A stretch of 21,157 bases of DNA from a virus, in the IMG/VR virus record IMGVR_UViG_3300045988_005619, positions 1-21,157 of that record; one strand, 5' to 3'. The notes below the pieces were generated by a model, which saw nothing but the letters and a program-made list of their open reading frames with translations, ran no database searches and was not told the origin of the DNA. Shown here one piece after another: positions 8,068 to 17,273 of the stretch. Made by a program: the position numbers and the translations under genes. The stretch's first letter is position 1; each line of letters begins with the position of its first letter.

Positions 8068-8937
8068 ATACCAAATGAAATTGCATTAGCTAAAACGTAT
8101 GTCTCAAATTTGGATGAGGTATATAAGTTAGCTTCAGTAACAGGTGAGTTAAATGCAGACGCTACAATGGTAAGAGCAGGAGCGAACGCAAAAGAAATCA
8201 TCTATCCACAAATTTCTGTTAAAGGTTTAGGAAACTATGATAGAAATAGTGGTTATACATCTAACTCAGTGAAATTAGAATGGAAAACTGCTACATTCGA
8301 CTATGATAGAGGAACTAAAATCTCAGTTGATACACAAGACAATGCAGAATCAATGAATATTGCGTTCGGTAGAGCAGGAGCGGAATTAATGCGTACAAAG
8401 GTTGCACCGGAAGCAGACGCTTACACATTCGCTAAGATTGCAGGCACAACAGGAATCACGAAAGTTTCAGAAGATTATGCAAGTGCAGAAGAGTTCTTGA
8501 GTGCATTATTAAAAGCAGTTACTAAAATGGATGAGGATGAAGTGCCAAGTGAACAACGTATCTTGTATTCTACTCCTACATTATTGAATAGCGTTAAAGC
8601 TTTAGATACTTACAAATCACGTGAAGCTTTACAAGGATTCGCAAAGGTAGTTCCTGTACCTGCTAGTCGTTTCTATACAAAGATTAAATTGTTGAGTGGA
8701 GCAGATACAGAAGAAGAAGGTGGATATACTAAAGCAGAGGATGGACACGTTATTAACTTTTTGATTGTTCATAAACCTTCTGTTATGAAATGGGATAAAC
8801 ACACTGTTTCAAATGTGATTCCTGCAAGCAATAACATTGAATCAGATTCAGATGTATTGAAATATCGTAAGTATGGAATCGTTGATGTATACGCAAATAA
8901 GGTAGCAGGTATTTACTTATCTGCTAGTGCGAAGTAA
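8068..8937 (+). CDS. Major capsid protein
   Basis: It follows the scaffold gene. The frame is open from 8065. AAGGAGG lies at 8052-8058, then a 9-nt spacer, then ATA at 8068. The extended N-terminus (M)PNEIALAKTYVSNLDEVYKLASVTGELN fits the conserved L.AkkYvp.LDEvYk start of TP901-1/Sfi11-type major head proteins. The TTG at 8110 has no SD. Confidence 0.75.
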   Translation: MPNEIALAKTYVSNLDEVYKLASVTGELNADATMVRAGANAKEIIYPQISVKGLGNYDRNSGYTSNSVKLEWKTATFDYDRGTKISVDTQDNAESMNIAFGRAGAELMRTKVAPEADAYTFAKIAGTTGITKVSEDYASAEEFLSALLKAVTKMDEDEVPSEQRILYSTPTLLNSVKALDTYKSREALQGFAKVVPVPASRFYTKIKLLSGADTEEEGGYTKAEDGHVINFLIVHKPSVMKWDKHTVSNVIPASNNIESDSDVLKYRKYGIVDVYANKVAGIYLSASAK

Positions 8938-9023
8938 TGGCTACAGAAATCGGTTGGGGCTATCCTTCTAAAGTTGAAAAACCTAAAACAAAAGAGGAAG
9001 CTAAACCTCAAAATGAAAAATAG
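8937..9023 (+). CDS. Possible 28-aa K/E/P-rich peptide, start-stop coupled to the MCP gene (TAATG)
   Basis: ATG at 8937 overlaps the MCP TAA by 1 nt. The product is MATEIGWGYPSKVEKPKTKEEAKPQNEK. It has no SD of its own and fills an otherwise 105-nt gap. Confidence 0.25.
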   Translation: MATEIGWGYPSKVEKPKTKEEAKPQNEK

Positions 9024-9042
9024 CTAAAAAGGGGGTTGTAAA

Positions 9043-9390
9043 ATGAACAATATTTTAGATTGGGAATATTACAATTCCCATTTTCCTAAATTTGATGAAA
9101 ATCAATTCAATCAGTATTCTTACAAAGCCGAAGCAATGGTATTGAAGTACGTGAATGTTGATTCTATTAACGAACAGAACGAAAGCACTCTAAAAGATTG
9201 TATCTGTGATGTCTTAAACAATGTAATTTTTCAAGATTCAGTAAATGGTGTATCAAGTATTTCAAACGGTGGATATTCCAAAAGCTTTGTAAACACTACT
9301 CATTCAGACAAAAGAAACACGCTTGAGGATATTATAGCCTTTTGGCTAAGCGATACAGAATTAATGAAAGAAAGATGGATTGCATTATGA
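9043..9390 (+). CDS. Head-tail connector / adaptor protein
   Basis: ATG lies after AAGGGGG. The protein is 115 aa and is the first of four small genes between the MCP and the major tail protein. Confidence 0.45.
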   Translation: MNNILDWEYYNSHFPKFDENQFNQYSYKAEAMVLKYVNVDSINEQNESTLKDCICDVLNNVIFQDSVNGVSSISNGGYSKSFVNTTHSDKRNTLEDIIAFWLSDTELMKERWIAL

Positions 9391-9806
9391 CAGGATTCTT
9401 TGAAGATTCAATTACACTTGTAAATCACTACTATGACACATTAACGAGAGAAGATAGGTTTCAAGCTTCTATCCTTAATAAATGTATGTGGAGACAATCA
9501 ACTGTTAGAACTGCAAACGGTAATATTCTGAGCATAGCCACATCCACAAATATTACTATTCTATATCGTGAAGGATATGTTGAACCTTACGCATATGCAA
9601 AGCTTTCAAATGATGAAAAACAAAAGCATTTCACGTTAAATACGGATAAGACAGATTTTGTATTCTTTGGAGAAGTTGAAGAAGATTTATCTAGTATTAA
9701 AGCAATAAATGAAGCTAAAAAGAAATACAAATGGACAACGATTCAAAGTGTTACAGATTGTACGAATGTCGATATGTTGAAGCATTGGGAGGTTGTCGGT
9801 CAATAG
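9387..9806 (+). CDS. Head-tail joining (head closure-like) protein
   Basis: ATG at 9387 overlaps the upstream TGA as ATGA, which suggests translational coupling. The ORF-track start at 9342 would overlap the upstream gene by 49 nt. ATG at 9375 is an alternative start. Confidence 0.45.
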   Translation: MTGFFEDSITLVNHYYDTLTREDRFQASILNKCMWRQSTVRTANGNILSIATSTNITILYREGYVEPYAYAKLSNDEKQKHFTLNTDKTDFVFFGEVEEDLSSIKAINEAKKKYKWTTIQSVTDCTNVDMLKHWEVVGQ

Positions 9807-9808
9807 GA

Positions 9809-10165
9809 ATGAAAGTCAAACTTGATGTTGAATCAATTCCCCAAATTAAGCAATCAAGAGGACTTGAAGAACGTGGACGAGTTCAACAAATGATTGATTC
9901 TGAAGTCATTAGGCTTATGTCCCCTTATACACCTAGAGACACAGGAGCATTAATCAACTCGGCTACAAGATTAACTCAAATTGGTAGTGGATTAGTAAAG
10001 CAAGGTGGGCCAAGTGCTCCATATGCTAGACGGTGGTATTACAATAAAGAGAACGCTCATTTCGTTGGTGGCAAAACAGACCATTGGTTTAAAAAAGCTA
10101 TGCAAAATGGTGGAGCAGAAGCAATCTTGAAGAAAGCACAACAAATGATAGGAGACGGAGAATGA
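9809..10165 (+). CDS. HK97 gp10-like tail-completion / neck protein
   Basis: ATG at 9809 lies 2 nt after the upstream TAG. It carries the motif SPYTPRDTGALINS, the vP.dTG.L signature of the gp10 family. The ORF-track start at 9731 lies inside the upstream gene. Confidence 0.55.
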   Translation: MKVKLDVESIPQIKQSRGLEERGRVQQMIDSEVIRLMSPYTPRDTGALINSATRLTQIGSGLVKQGGPSAPYARRWYYNKENAHFVGGKTDHWFKKAMQNGGAEAILKKAQQMIGDGE

Positions 10166-10581
10166 CAGTATCAAAAGCATTGATTCAATGGCTATATGGC
10201 TATGGAAATATACAGATAGATGAGCGTATTGAAACGGATGTTTTAGCGCAACAAGCTATTTCTTATGCATTGTATAAAGAACCCAATGCAATTGTAGATA
10301 CATACATTGACGGCTCTCAAATGCGTACAGAATACTACACGTTTCTAGCACGTAGGAATACACAAATCGAAGCCGAAAGGCAAGACAACAATTCTTTCTT
10401 AGAAGAATTAGGAGAATGGATTGATGAAAAGAATTTAAATGGAGAATTACCACAACTAGACGGAAACAAATATTGTGATGATGTTTCCGTTTCAAGTGGT
10501 TTATATCTATACACAAATGAGGATAGTCAAGCAGTATATGCATTGACGATTCAAATTAAATACAGAAAGGAGCTTAATTAA
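10162..10581 (+). CDS. Tail terminator-like / minor capsid family neck protein
   Basis: ATGA overlap with the upstream gene, and an upstream GGAGACGGAG. The protein is 139 aa and is the last gene before the major tail protein. Confidence 0.45.
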   Translation: MTVSKALIQWLYGYGNIQIDERIETDVLAQQAISYALYKEPNAIVDTYIDGSQMRTEYYTFLARRNTQIEAERQDNNSFLEELGEWIDEKNLNGELPQLDGNKYCDDVSVSSGLYLYTNEDSQAVYALTIQIKYRKELN

Positions 10582-11087
10582 TAGCAACTCAAGGAACTGA
10601 AGTAAATACAGGACAGACAGTCAAGAAGTATATGATTGGATTGTTCTTAGAAATGGGAACAGGTTACAAGCGAATTAAGAAGTCTACAACTTTAGATATT
10701 TCGTTTAACAGTGAAACTGAAACGTATGACTTTATCGCAGATAAGAACCCAACAGAATCATTAAAGAGTTATTCACCTCAGATTTCGCAAGATTTAACAA
10801 TGATTAAAGGCGAAGATGATTTTGAATACATTTACGAACAAATGATGAAATCCGTACCAAACAACGAAGAAGTAAATACAAAAGCTTTACTTGTATTTAT
10901 GTTTGATGGAGATAAAGCTAAAGGCTATAAAGCGTGGGAAGTTGACGCTAAATTGATTTTCGATACATTAAGCGGTGTCGATTCAAAAATCAACTTCAAT
11001 ATTAACTTTGCAAGCGATATTCGCGTCGGTGTTGCAAAGGTAGCAGATGGAACAGTAACCTTCACAGAAGGCACATCAGAAGCATAA
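10581..11087 (+). CDS. Major tail protein
   Basis: Position is before the chaperone pair and the TMP. AAAGGAG lies at 10566-10572, then an 8-nt spacer, then ATA at 10581, overlapping the upstream TAA as TAATA. The N-terminus is (M)ATQGTEVNTGQTVKKYMIGLF. The ATG at 10632 has no SD. Confidence 0.65.
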   Translation: MATQGTEVNTGQTVKKYMIGLFLEMGTGYKRIKKSTTLDISFNSETETYDFIADKNPTESLKSYSPQISQDLTMIKGEDDFEYIYEQMMKSVPNNEEVNTKALLVFMFDGDKAKGYKAWEVDAKLIFDTLSGVDSKINFNINFASDIRVGVAKVADGTVTFTEGTSEA

Positions 11088-11105
11088 AGAAAGAAGAGGT
11101 AAATC

Positions 11106-11468
11106 ATGAATAGAATCACGTATGAAGGGAAACAGTATGAAATCCCACCTAAAACAATTGAAGTATTAAAAGCAGAGGACGCTTGTAACGCATTTCACGC
11201 AACGCATGAAGAAGCATATCGAGCAAAATTCGACTATTTAAAAGCAGTATTAACAGATGAACAAATTGAAAGCATGTTAGGAAGTGCAGACTTTGAACAA
11301 GTTGATTTGATGGAAGTATTGTATATTGTCAATTTGATTGATGATGAATATTCAAAGAAAACGGATGAACAGTTAGAAAAGAAATTAAAAACAACATTCG
11401 GAACAAATGGAATGAAGCAATTTCTTGACGCAAGCAAAACTGTTTCTAGCATTTCGGCGAAGAAATGA
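11106..11468 (+). CDS. Tail assembly chaperone (gpG-like position)
   Basis: ATG lies after AGAAGAGGT. The protein is 120 aa and acidic, and sits between the MTP and TMP genes. Confidence 0.55.
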   Translation: MNRITYEGKQYEIPPKTIEVLKAEDACNAFHATHEEAYRAKFDYLKAVLTDEQIESMLGSADFEQVDLMEVLYIVNLIDDEYSKKTDEQLEKKLKTTFGTNGMKQFLDASKTVSSISAKK

Positions 11469-12028
11469 TTGATTTACGCATAAAAGGCTTGCCAAATAGC
11501 ATACAATCGCTAGATGGCGAGCCTATTTTATTAAATACAGACTTTCGATTATGGATAAGATTCTATGAAGAATTAGAGCGATTCAACAATCATGTTGTTG
11601 ATGAAGTAGATTGTTCTTATTTATTTGTAGATGAACCACCTATCATAGATAAGCATATTTTAAAAGAGTTAGAGCAATTCCTATACAACCCTTCTAGTAC
11701 ACCTAGAAGTGATTCTACAGGCGTTAAGACATTAGATTATGTACAAGATGGGGAATATATTTATTCGGCATTTATGCAACTTTACGGCATTGATTTAACG
11801 GAATGTGATATGCATTGGCATAAGTTCTTAGCTTTAGCAAATAATATCGTTGGTGATTCAACTTTATGGGGATACGCTAAGAGTGTTAGAGGATATGAAA
11901 AACCTTCAAAGAATGATACACAAGATAAAGCATATCAAAGAGCAAAAGAAGCGTGGTCTTTCCCAATCGAGTTAACAATAGAGGAACAAGAAATGAAAGA
12001 TGAATTCGATTCATATTTTGATGTTTAG
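11465..12028 (+). CDS. Phage Gp15-family protein (second tail chaperone position)
   Basis: ATGA overlap with the upstream gene. The N-terminus GLPNSIQSLDGEPILLNTDFRLWIRFYEEL resembles the Listeria A118 Gp15 family. It lies directly 5' of the TMP. Confidence 0.55.
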   Translation: MIDLRIKGLPNSIQSLDGEPILLNTDFRLWIRFYEELERFNNHVVDEVDCSYLFVDEPPIIDKHILKELEQFLYNPSSTPRSDSTGVKTLDYVQDGEYIYSAFMQLYGIDLTECDMHWHKFLALANNIVGDSTLWGYAKSVRGYEKPSKNDTQDKAYQRAKEAWSFPIELTIEEQEMKDEFDSYFDV

Positions 12029-12048
12029 AAAAGGAGGTGGCAAATTGA

Positions 12049-14628
12049 ATATCAGACGGAACATTAAAGTTTGATACAAAGATTGATACAAGTGGTCTAG
12101 AGAATGGAATGAAATCCGTTCATGAAGTCACAAGTGGAGCTACAAATGCTATCAAAGAAACTTCAAAAGCGATTGATAAGTTAGGTTCTGATGGTTCAAA
12201 AGCACCACCAAAGATTACAGATGAATTAAGAAAGCTAAATAATGAGCAAAAGAATACACAAACAGAAACGCAAGAAACAGGTTCTAAATTTGATGTATTT
12301 AAACAAGTAGGAAACAGTGCCTTAGATTCAATTCAAGGTGGATTTGATGGACTATTAGGAAAGATTCAGAATATTAGTCCTGAAGCTACTGCAATCACTG
12401 AAGCCTTAACAGAATTAGGCGTTGGAGGTGTCGTTGGTGTCACTGCCGTAGCAGGAGCAGTCGGTGGTATGGCATTAGCAATTAAGACAGGTGTCAATCA
12501 AGCTACAGAATTAGATGACGCTATGGCTAAATTCCAAGCTCAGACAGGTGCTTCAAGTAATGAAATGAGCAAATTTAAAAACATTGCTCGTGATGTTTGG
12601 TCAAACAATTTTGGTGAAGATGTTTCAGATATTGCCGATATGATGGGCCGTGTCAAACAACAAATGCAAGGAATAAGTGATGTCGATTTAAAGGATGTTA
12701 CAGAAGACTTGATTACATTAAGAGACGTTTACGGCATGGATGAAAATGAGACTCTTAGAGGTGCAAAGCAATTAATGGAACAGTTCGGAATTAGTTCTAA
12801 AGAAGCTTTTGACCTTATGGCAAAAGGGGCTCAGAATGGTTTGAATTATTCCGGTGAATTAGGAGACAATATCGCAGAATACGCAGGTAAATTCAAGCAA
12901 GCAGGATATTCGGTAGAAGAATATTTCCAAACTATGACAAATGGTGTAAAAGGTGGCTCTTATAACCTTGATAAAATGCAAGACGCAGTAAATGAAATTA
13001 CTACACGAATGTCAGATGGAACTATTGAAAAAGCGTTAGATAGTTTTAACGATAAGACAAAAGAAGTTTTTCAGGCATATAAAGAAGGCGGTGCAACACA
13101 AAAAGATGTACAAGACGCAATTGTCCAAGATATTAAGGAAACAACAAATCAACAAGAAGCATTAAATAAAGCAAGCATTGCATTCGGCACCATGGGAGAA
13201 GATTTCAACCTTAAGTTTATTACATCTTTATCATCTGTAGGTGATGAATATAACAATGTAGCCGGAACAATGGATAAGGTTAAAGCTATTGCAAATGGTG
13301 GCTTAAAGAACGCTTTAAGTGGATTAGGACGTACATTTCTTGATTCATTTACACCAATAGGCGAACTTATTACTCCTATTCTTGCCGGTATCATTGGATT
13401 GATTACAGTAGCAATTCAAGGTATTCAACAAGGGTTTGCAAAAGTTGGTGATGTAATTTCAAGTGTATTAAATAAGATTGATACAAGTGGAATTACAGAA
13501 TTGACAAATCAAGTTTCTGAAGTGTTAGCTCCTGCGTTTGATGAGGTCAGAAAAGCGATTGACGAAATGAAAGTTGCACTTGAACCTATCGCAAAAGAAA
13601 TTTTAGGCAAGATAGGCAGTGCAATTCAAAATGTTGTTAATCAAACTCAAAAAATTCTTAGCGTTGTAGGCCCACCGATTCTAGCAACCATTAAAAAGAT
13701 TATTCAAACAGTTATCGGAATGATTCCTGTAATAACATCTATTCTTCAAGTAGTTGGAAGTGTGGTAAGTGGAATCATTTCATTCATAAATATGGTTGTA
13801 ACGTATGTTGGGACTGCGATTGCGACAATACTAGGATTTATCATGCCTATTGTTCAAATTGTAGCTACAATTGTAGCGAATATTTGGTCTGTAATATTAA
13901 CGGTTGCTCAGAATATTTGGAGCAAGGTTAGCGAAGTAGTTACTGCGATTGTTGGATTTGTCAACAATGTGTTTAAGACTGTTTCAGATGTAGTAGGCAA
14001 AATTTGGAGTAAGATTCAAGATTCTATGAACAAGATAAGAGATAAGGTTCAAGGTGTTGTCGACAATATTAATAAATATTTCAATGATGTCAAGGATACC
14101 GTTTCGGATGTTTTCAATGGCATTTGGTCTAAAGTTAAAGATATCATGGGCAAGGTAGGAGAAAAAATTTCAAACGTCTTACAAGGAATACAGAATTCAT
14201 GGAATGGTTTGACAGGGTTTGTAAGTGGCGTATTTAGTGGAATTGAAGGAGCGGTACAATCATTAGTCGGAAGCGTAAAGGGATTCGTAAATGGTGTTAT
14301 TGGCGGTATTAACGGTGCAATCGGTATCATCAACAAGATTCCCGGAGTGCATATTGGAAGGATTCCAAAATTAGAGCGTGGTGGTGTATTGAAGCGCGGT
14401 CAAGTTGGTTTACTTGAAGGTAATGGAGCAGAAGCAGTTGTACCTTTAGAAAGAAACAAAGCGTGGATTCGTGCCGTAGCTAAAGATATGGCTCAAATCA
14501 TGCCAAGCGTTACAACGAATAACAACGGACAAACAATTAACTTCTATAATAAAGCTCAAAGTCCGGATGAAATCGCTAGAATGTTGCGAATGCAAGCAAG
14601 ATATGGATATGGAGGTGTAGTTCAATAG
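12049..14628 (+). CDS. Tape measure protein
   Basis: About 860 aa, with hydrophobic/Gly-rich central segments, periodic IWS repeats, and the conserved C-terminal motif GGVLKRGQVGLLEGNGAEAVVPLE. AAGGAGGTGG lies at 12031-12040, then an 8-nt spacer, then ATA at 12049, which is the first codon after an in-frame TGA. The ATG at 12109 has only a weak SD. Confidence 0.8.
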   Translation: MSDGTLKFDTKIDTSGLENGMKSVHEVTSGATNAIKETSKAIDKLGSDGSKAPPKITDELRKLNNEQKNTQTETQETGSKFDVFKQVGNSALDSIQGGFDGLLGKIQNISPEATAITEALTELGVGGVVGVTAVAGAVGGMALAIKTGVNQATELDDAMAKFQAQTGASSNEMSKFKNIARDVWSNNFGEDVSDIADMMGRVKQQMQGISDVDLKDVTEDLITLRDVYGMDENETLRGAKQLMEQFGISSKEAFDLMAKGAQNGLNYSGELGDNIAEYAGKFKQAGYSVEEYFQTMTNGVKGGSYNLDKMQDAVNEITTRMSDGTIEKALDSFNDKTKEVFQAYKEGGATQKDVQDAIVQDIKETTNQQEALNKASIAFGTMGEDFNLKFITSLSSVGDEYNNVAGTMDKVKAIANGGLKNALSGLGRTFLDSFTPIGELITPILAGIIGLITVAIQGIQQGFAKVGDVISSVLNKIDTSGITELTNQVSEVLAPAFDEVRKAIDEMKVALEPIAKEILGKIGSAIQNVVNQTQKILSVVGPPILATIKKIIQTVIGMIPVITSILQVVGSVVSGIISFINMVVTYVGTAIATILGFIMPIVQIVATIVANIWSVILTVAQNIWSKVSEVVTAIVGFVNNVFKTVSDVVGKIWSKIQDSMNKIRDKVQGVVDNINKYFNDVKDTVSDVFNGIWSKVKDIMGKVGEKISNVLQGIQNSWNGLTGFVSGVFSGIEGAVQSLVGSVKGFVNGVIGGINGAIGIINKIPGVHIGRIPKLERGGVLKRGQVGLLEGNGAEAVVPLERNKAWIRAVAKDMAQIMPSVTTNNNGQTINFYNKAQSPDEIARMLRMQARYGYGGVVQ

Positions 14629-15494
14629 ATTTGAATAAAGTTAGAATCATTGTCCGTAGGGATGATGGCAAAGAATTTGAAATCGACAATAAAAGATGGA
14701 GAATACCATCTAGTGATGGTTTAGATGGATTTGATTATGTAGCACCTTCATACACTACACAAGACAATGCATTTGGTAATGGTGCTAGATTAATCGGCTC
14801 ACGTATTCCCACAAAAGAAAGAAGCGTGAAAGCTACCTTTAAAGGTTCTTTAGAAGAAAAAAGAGAAGAAAGGGAGAAGCTACGGCGCTTCTTCCAATAT
14901 TCTCATGTATTTGACATTATAGTTGAGTACATGGGAGAAAAGAAATATTGTAGAGGTAGACTATATGCGTATAGCTTGCCTACCGTTAATATCTACAAAG
15001 ATTTAGAGCTTAATTTTACAATTCTATGTACGCAACCTTTATTGCTTTCATTTGATGATTTCGCAAGAAATATTGCAGAAATTGGCGAAGGTTTAGCGTT
15101 CAATTTTGAAATACCGGAAACAGGCGTAAACTTTGGAACGTTTACATTCGCTAGAGAAATCTACATTGATAATCAAGGTGATACAGAAACATACTGTAGA
15201 GCCGTTATTGAAGCGTTTGGAGAGGTTACAAATCCGAAACTGTTCAACAAAGATAAATATATTCGTGTATTAGATACGCTACACAATGGTGATGTATTAG
15301 AAATTGATTTAGTTTCTGAGCCTATATCAATTAGAAAGAATGGTGTGAATTGTATTGGCAAAGTTGACAGAACCTCATCATTCAATGATATGACGATTCA
15401 GTTAGGTGAGAATATCATAGGATATACGGCAGATAATGGAGATACGAACCTAGCTTGTACGGTTTACTACAATGAGAGGTATTTAGGTTTATAG
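14625..15494 (+). CDS. Distal tail protein (Dit, siphovirus tail component)
   Basis: It lies directly after the TMP. GGAGGTG lies at 14611-14617, then a 7-nt spacer, then ATA at 14625, overlapping the TMP TAG as ATAG. TTG at 14631 is the alternative start. The N-terminal pattern is typical of Dit. Confidence 0.65.
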   Translation: MDLNKVRIIVRRDDGKEFEIDNKRWRIPSSDGLDGFDYVAPSYTTQDNAFGNGARLIGSRIPTKERSVKATFKGSLEEKREEREKLRRFFQYSHVFDIIVEYMGEKKYCRGRLYAYSLPTVNIYKDLELNFTILCTQPLLLSFDDFARNIAEIGEGLAFNFEIPETGVNFGTFTFAREIYIDNQGDTETYCRAVIEAFGEVTNPKLFNKDKYIRVLDTLHNGDVLEIDLVSEPISIRKNGVNCIGKVDRTSSFNDMTIQLGENIIGYTADNGDTNLACTVYYNERYLGL

Positions 15495-15495
15495 T

Positions 15496-16509
15496 ATGTC
15501 TTACTTTGGATTAGATAAAGATTTCAATATCGTCACGCACTTAGCACCTTATAACGTGCAGTGGAATAGGCGATATTATGAAACAGGAGATTTTGAGATT
15601 TATATTGATATAGGGCAGTACTCAAGCGATATCAAATACATTTATTCAACAGATGATAAAGAGTTAGGAATTGTAGAAATACCACATTATTCGGTTTCAA
15701 ACAACACGAAACAAATGTTGCTAAAAGGTTCTTTCTTTGAAAAGATTCTAGCAGATGATTGTATTTATCCTACATTCTCAAGCAGTGGAAAGATTGTTGA
15801 CGTGGTCAGAAAGCTATTAGATAAGTATTGCTCATGGGAAATGGGATATAGATATGATGAATCCATTACCGATAGAGTAGACTTCCAAGAAACAGGATCG
15901 AACCTTGACGAGAAGCTTTATGAGTTGTTATATCCGTTAGAATTGTCTTTCCGTATAGAATATGACTATGTATCAAGTACGTTCACATTTGTATTGTATC
16001 GAGGTCGTGATTTAACACAAAACAATACATATGGAAACAACTTTGTTACATTCTCTACAGAGTTCGGAAACATTGAAGAACCGGATGTAATGATTGACTC
16101 AAGTAAATACAAGAACTATGCAATCGTTTGCGGTGAAGGACAGTCAGAAGAGCGTATATACGTTGAATATGACGCTAGAATAGATAAGAATGAGCGAATC
16201 AAGAAATTGTTCGTAGACGCACGTTCTGAGCGCATGGGGGACGATATTACACTTGATGAATATAAGAAGATATTGATTCAAAAAGGGATTGAAAAACTAG
16301 CAGATTGTCAAATTGAAGAGAATGTCAATTTTGGATTGAATACGGATTCATACGAATACAAAGTTGATTTCGATTTAGGCGATAAGGTGGATGTCATAGT
16401 AGCAGATATTGGACTAGTAATGACTGCAAGAATTAGAAATATATTTGAGGTAATTAAGAGTGGATATAGAACCCTAGAATTAGAGGTTGATAATTTAAAA
16501 ATCATGTAA
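15496..16509 (+). CDS. Short Tal-like baseplate protein (siphovirus Gp37-like)
   Basis: ATG lies 1 nt after the Dit stop. The protein is 337 aa. The N-terminus FGLDKDFNIVTHLAPYNVQWNRRYYETGDFEIYI resembles the ReqiPepy6 Gp37-like family. It is the last tail gene before the holin. Confidence 0.55.
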   Translation: MSYFGLDKDFNIVTHLAPYNVQWNRRYYETGDFEIYIDIGQYSSDIKYIYSTDDKELGIVEIPHYSVSNNTKQMLLKGSFFEKILADDCIYPTFSSSGKIVDVVRKLLDKYCSWEMGYRYDESITDRVDFQETGSNLDEKLYELLYPLELSFRIEYDYVSSTFTFVLYRGRDLTQNNTYGNNFVTFSTEFGNIEEPDVMIDSSKYKNYAIVCGEGQSEERIYVEYDARIDKNERIKKLFVDARSERMGDDITLDEYKKILIQKGIEKLADCQIEENVNFGLNTDSYEYKVDFDLGDKVDVIVADIGLVMTARIRNIFEVIKSGYRTLELEVDNLKIM

Positions 16510-16522
16510 AGGAGTGAATTTA

Positions 16523-17032
16523 ATGAAAAAGAAAGATGATGGAGGATTTAAGCAAATAGCAAGAAGTATGTATTTTCTAGACAAAATGAATGCAATAGGT
16601 GGTGTAGCCGTTGCCGTATTAACATACGTATTAGGTGAGCATTGGTATTTATTTGCATTCTTCTTATTTATGAATGTAGTGGATTATATTACGGGATGTA
16701 TGAAATCGGCTATCGCTCACAAGCTAAACAGTAATAAAGGATGGATTGGGGTACTGAAAAAGCTAGGATATTGGATTATGATTGTGGTTGCGTTCGCATT
16801 CAGTGTATTCTTGGTGGAAATTGGCGAAATGTTGGGAATTGATTTCCGCGTAACTACATTATTAGGTTGGTTTGTGCTAGCTTCTCTATGTATTAATGAG
16901 GTGCGTAGTATTATTGAGAACCTTGTACAATGTGGATATAGCGTCCCTAGCGTGTTAACTAAAGGATTAGAAGTAGCAGATAAACTCATTAACGAAGAAC
17001 AAGACAATGACGACTCAAGTACCCTGGAATAA
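16523..17032 (+). CDS. Holin (phage_holin_4 / LL-H / TcdE-like family)
   Basis: ATG at 16523 lies 8 nt after AAGGAG (16509-16514). There are three to four hydrophobic helices. It carries the motifs NVVDYITG, GWIGVLKKLGYW and NEVRSIIENLVQCGYSVP, and has a charged C-terminus. Confidence 0.75.
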   Translation: MKKKDDGGFKQIARSMYFLDKMNAIGGVAVAVLTYVLGEHWYLFAFFLFMNVVDYITGCMKSAIAHKLNSNKGWIGVLKKLGYWIMIVVAFAFSVFLVEIGEMLGIDFRVTTLLGWFVLASLCINEVRSIIENLVQCGYSVPSVLTKGLEVADKLINEEQDNDDSSTLE

Positions 17033-17273
17033 GATTATTCTTGAAGAATTCATTAACTTAGCATTATTAACTAAGGATGAAGAAATGATTCTAAGAACTA
17101 GAATATATGGATGGACAGTAAGAGAACAAGCCGATAGATTGGATATGAGTGTTTCTAGCGTGAATAGAATCATTAAACGAATCAAGAATAAGTATGATGA
17201 TGTAGAAAAATATAGCGCAATTCTACCACCTAGAAAAACCAGTAAAAAAGAAACAAATCTAGATGATGATTAA
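17007..17273 (+). CDS. Small sigma-70 region-4-like HTH DNA-binding protein (possible transcription regulator)
   Basis: LTKDEEMILRTRIYGWTVREQADRLDMSVSSVNRIIKRIKNKY fits the region 4.2 / LuxR-like HTH pattern. The ORF overlaps the holin 3' end by 26 nt in another frame. The start is uncertain, because there is no good SD before 17007. Confidence 0.5.
   Translation: MTTQVPWNKIILEEFINLALLTKDEEMILRTRIYGWTVREQADRLDMSVSSVNRIIKRIKNKYDDVEKYSAILPPRKTSKKETNLDDD

Noticed and set aside
3974-10590. A shared 10-mer, AATAGCAACT, at 3974 and 10580, as a possible repeat or recombination site
   Set aside because: It is only 10 nt in AT-rich DNA. In both cases it simply encodes the stop/ATA start followed by Ala-Thr, so it is most likely coincidence or shared start context.
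11400-11470. Programmed -1 frameshift (G/GT type) between the two tail chaperone genes
   Set aside because: No X-XXY-YYZ slippery heptamer is visible near the 3' end of 11106..11468. The second gene has its own ATG in an ATGA overlap, consistent with simple coupling.
654-16505. Minus-strand ORFs from the track: 654..860, 1148..1438, 2301..2504, 6710..6901, 9992..10180, 10256..10543, 10925..11119, 11234..11452, 13149..13394, 14049..14336, 15173..15385 and 16308..16505. A further one, 16717..17007, lies just beyond this interval.
   Set aside because: All are fully embedded antisense to well-supported + strand phage genes. They have no SD sites and give Leu/Ser/Phe/Ile-rich low-complexity translations typical of antisense frames in AT-rich DNA.
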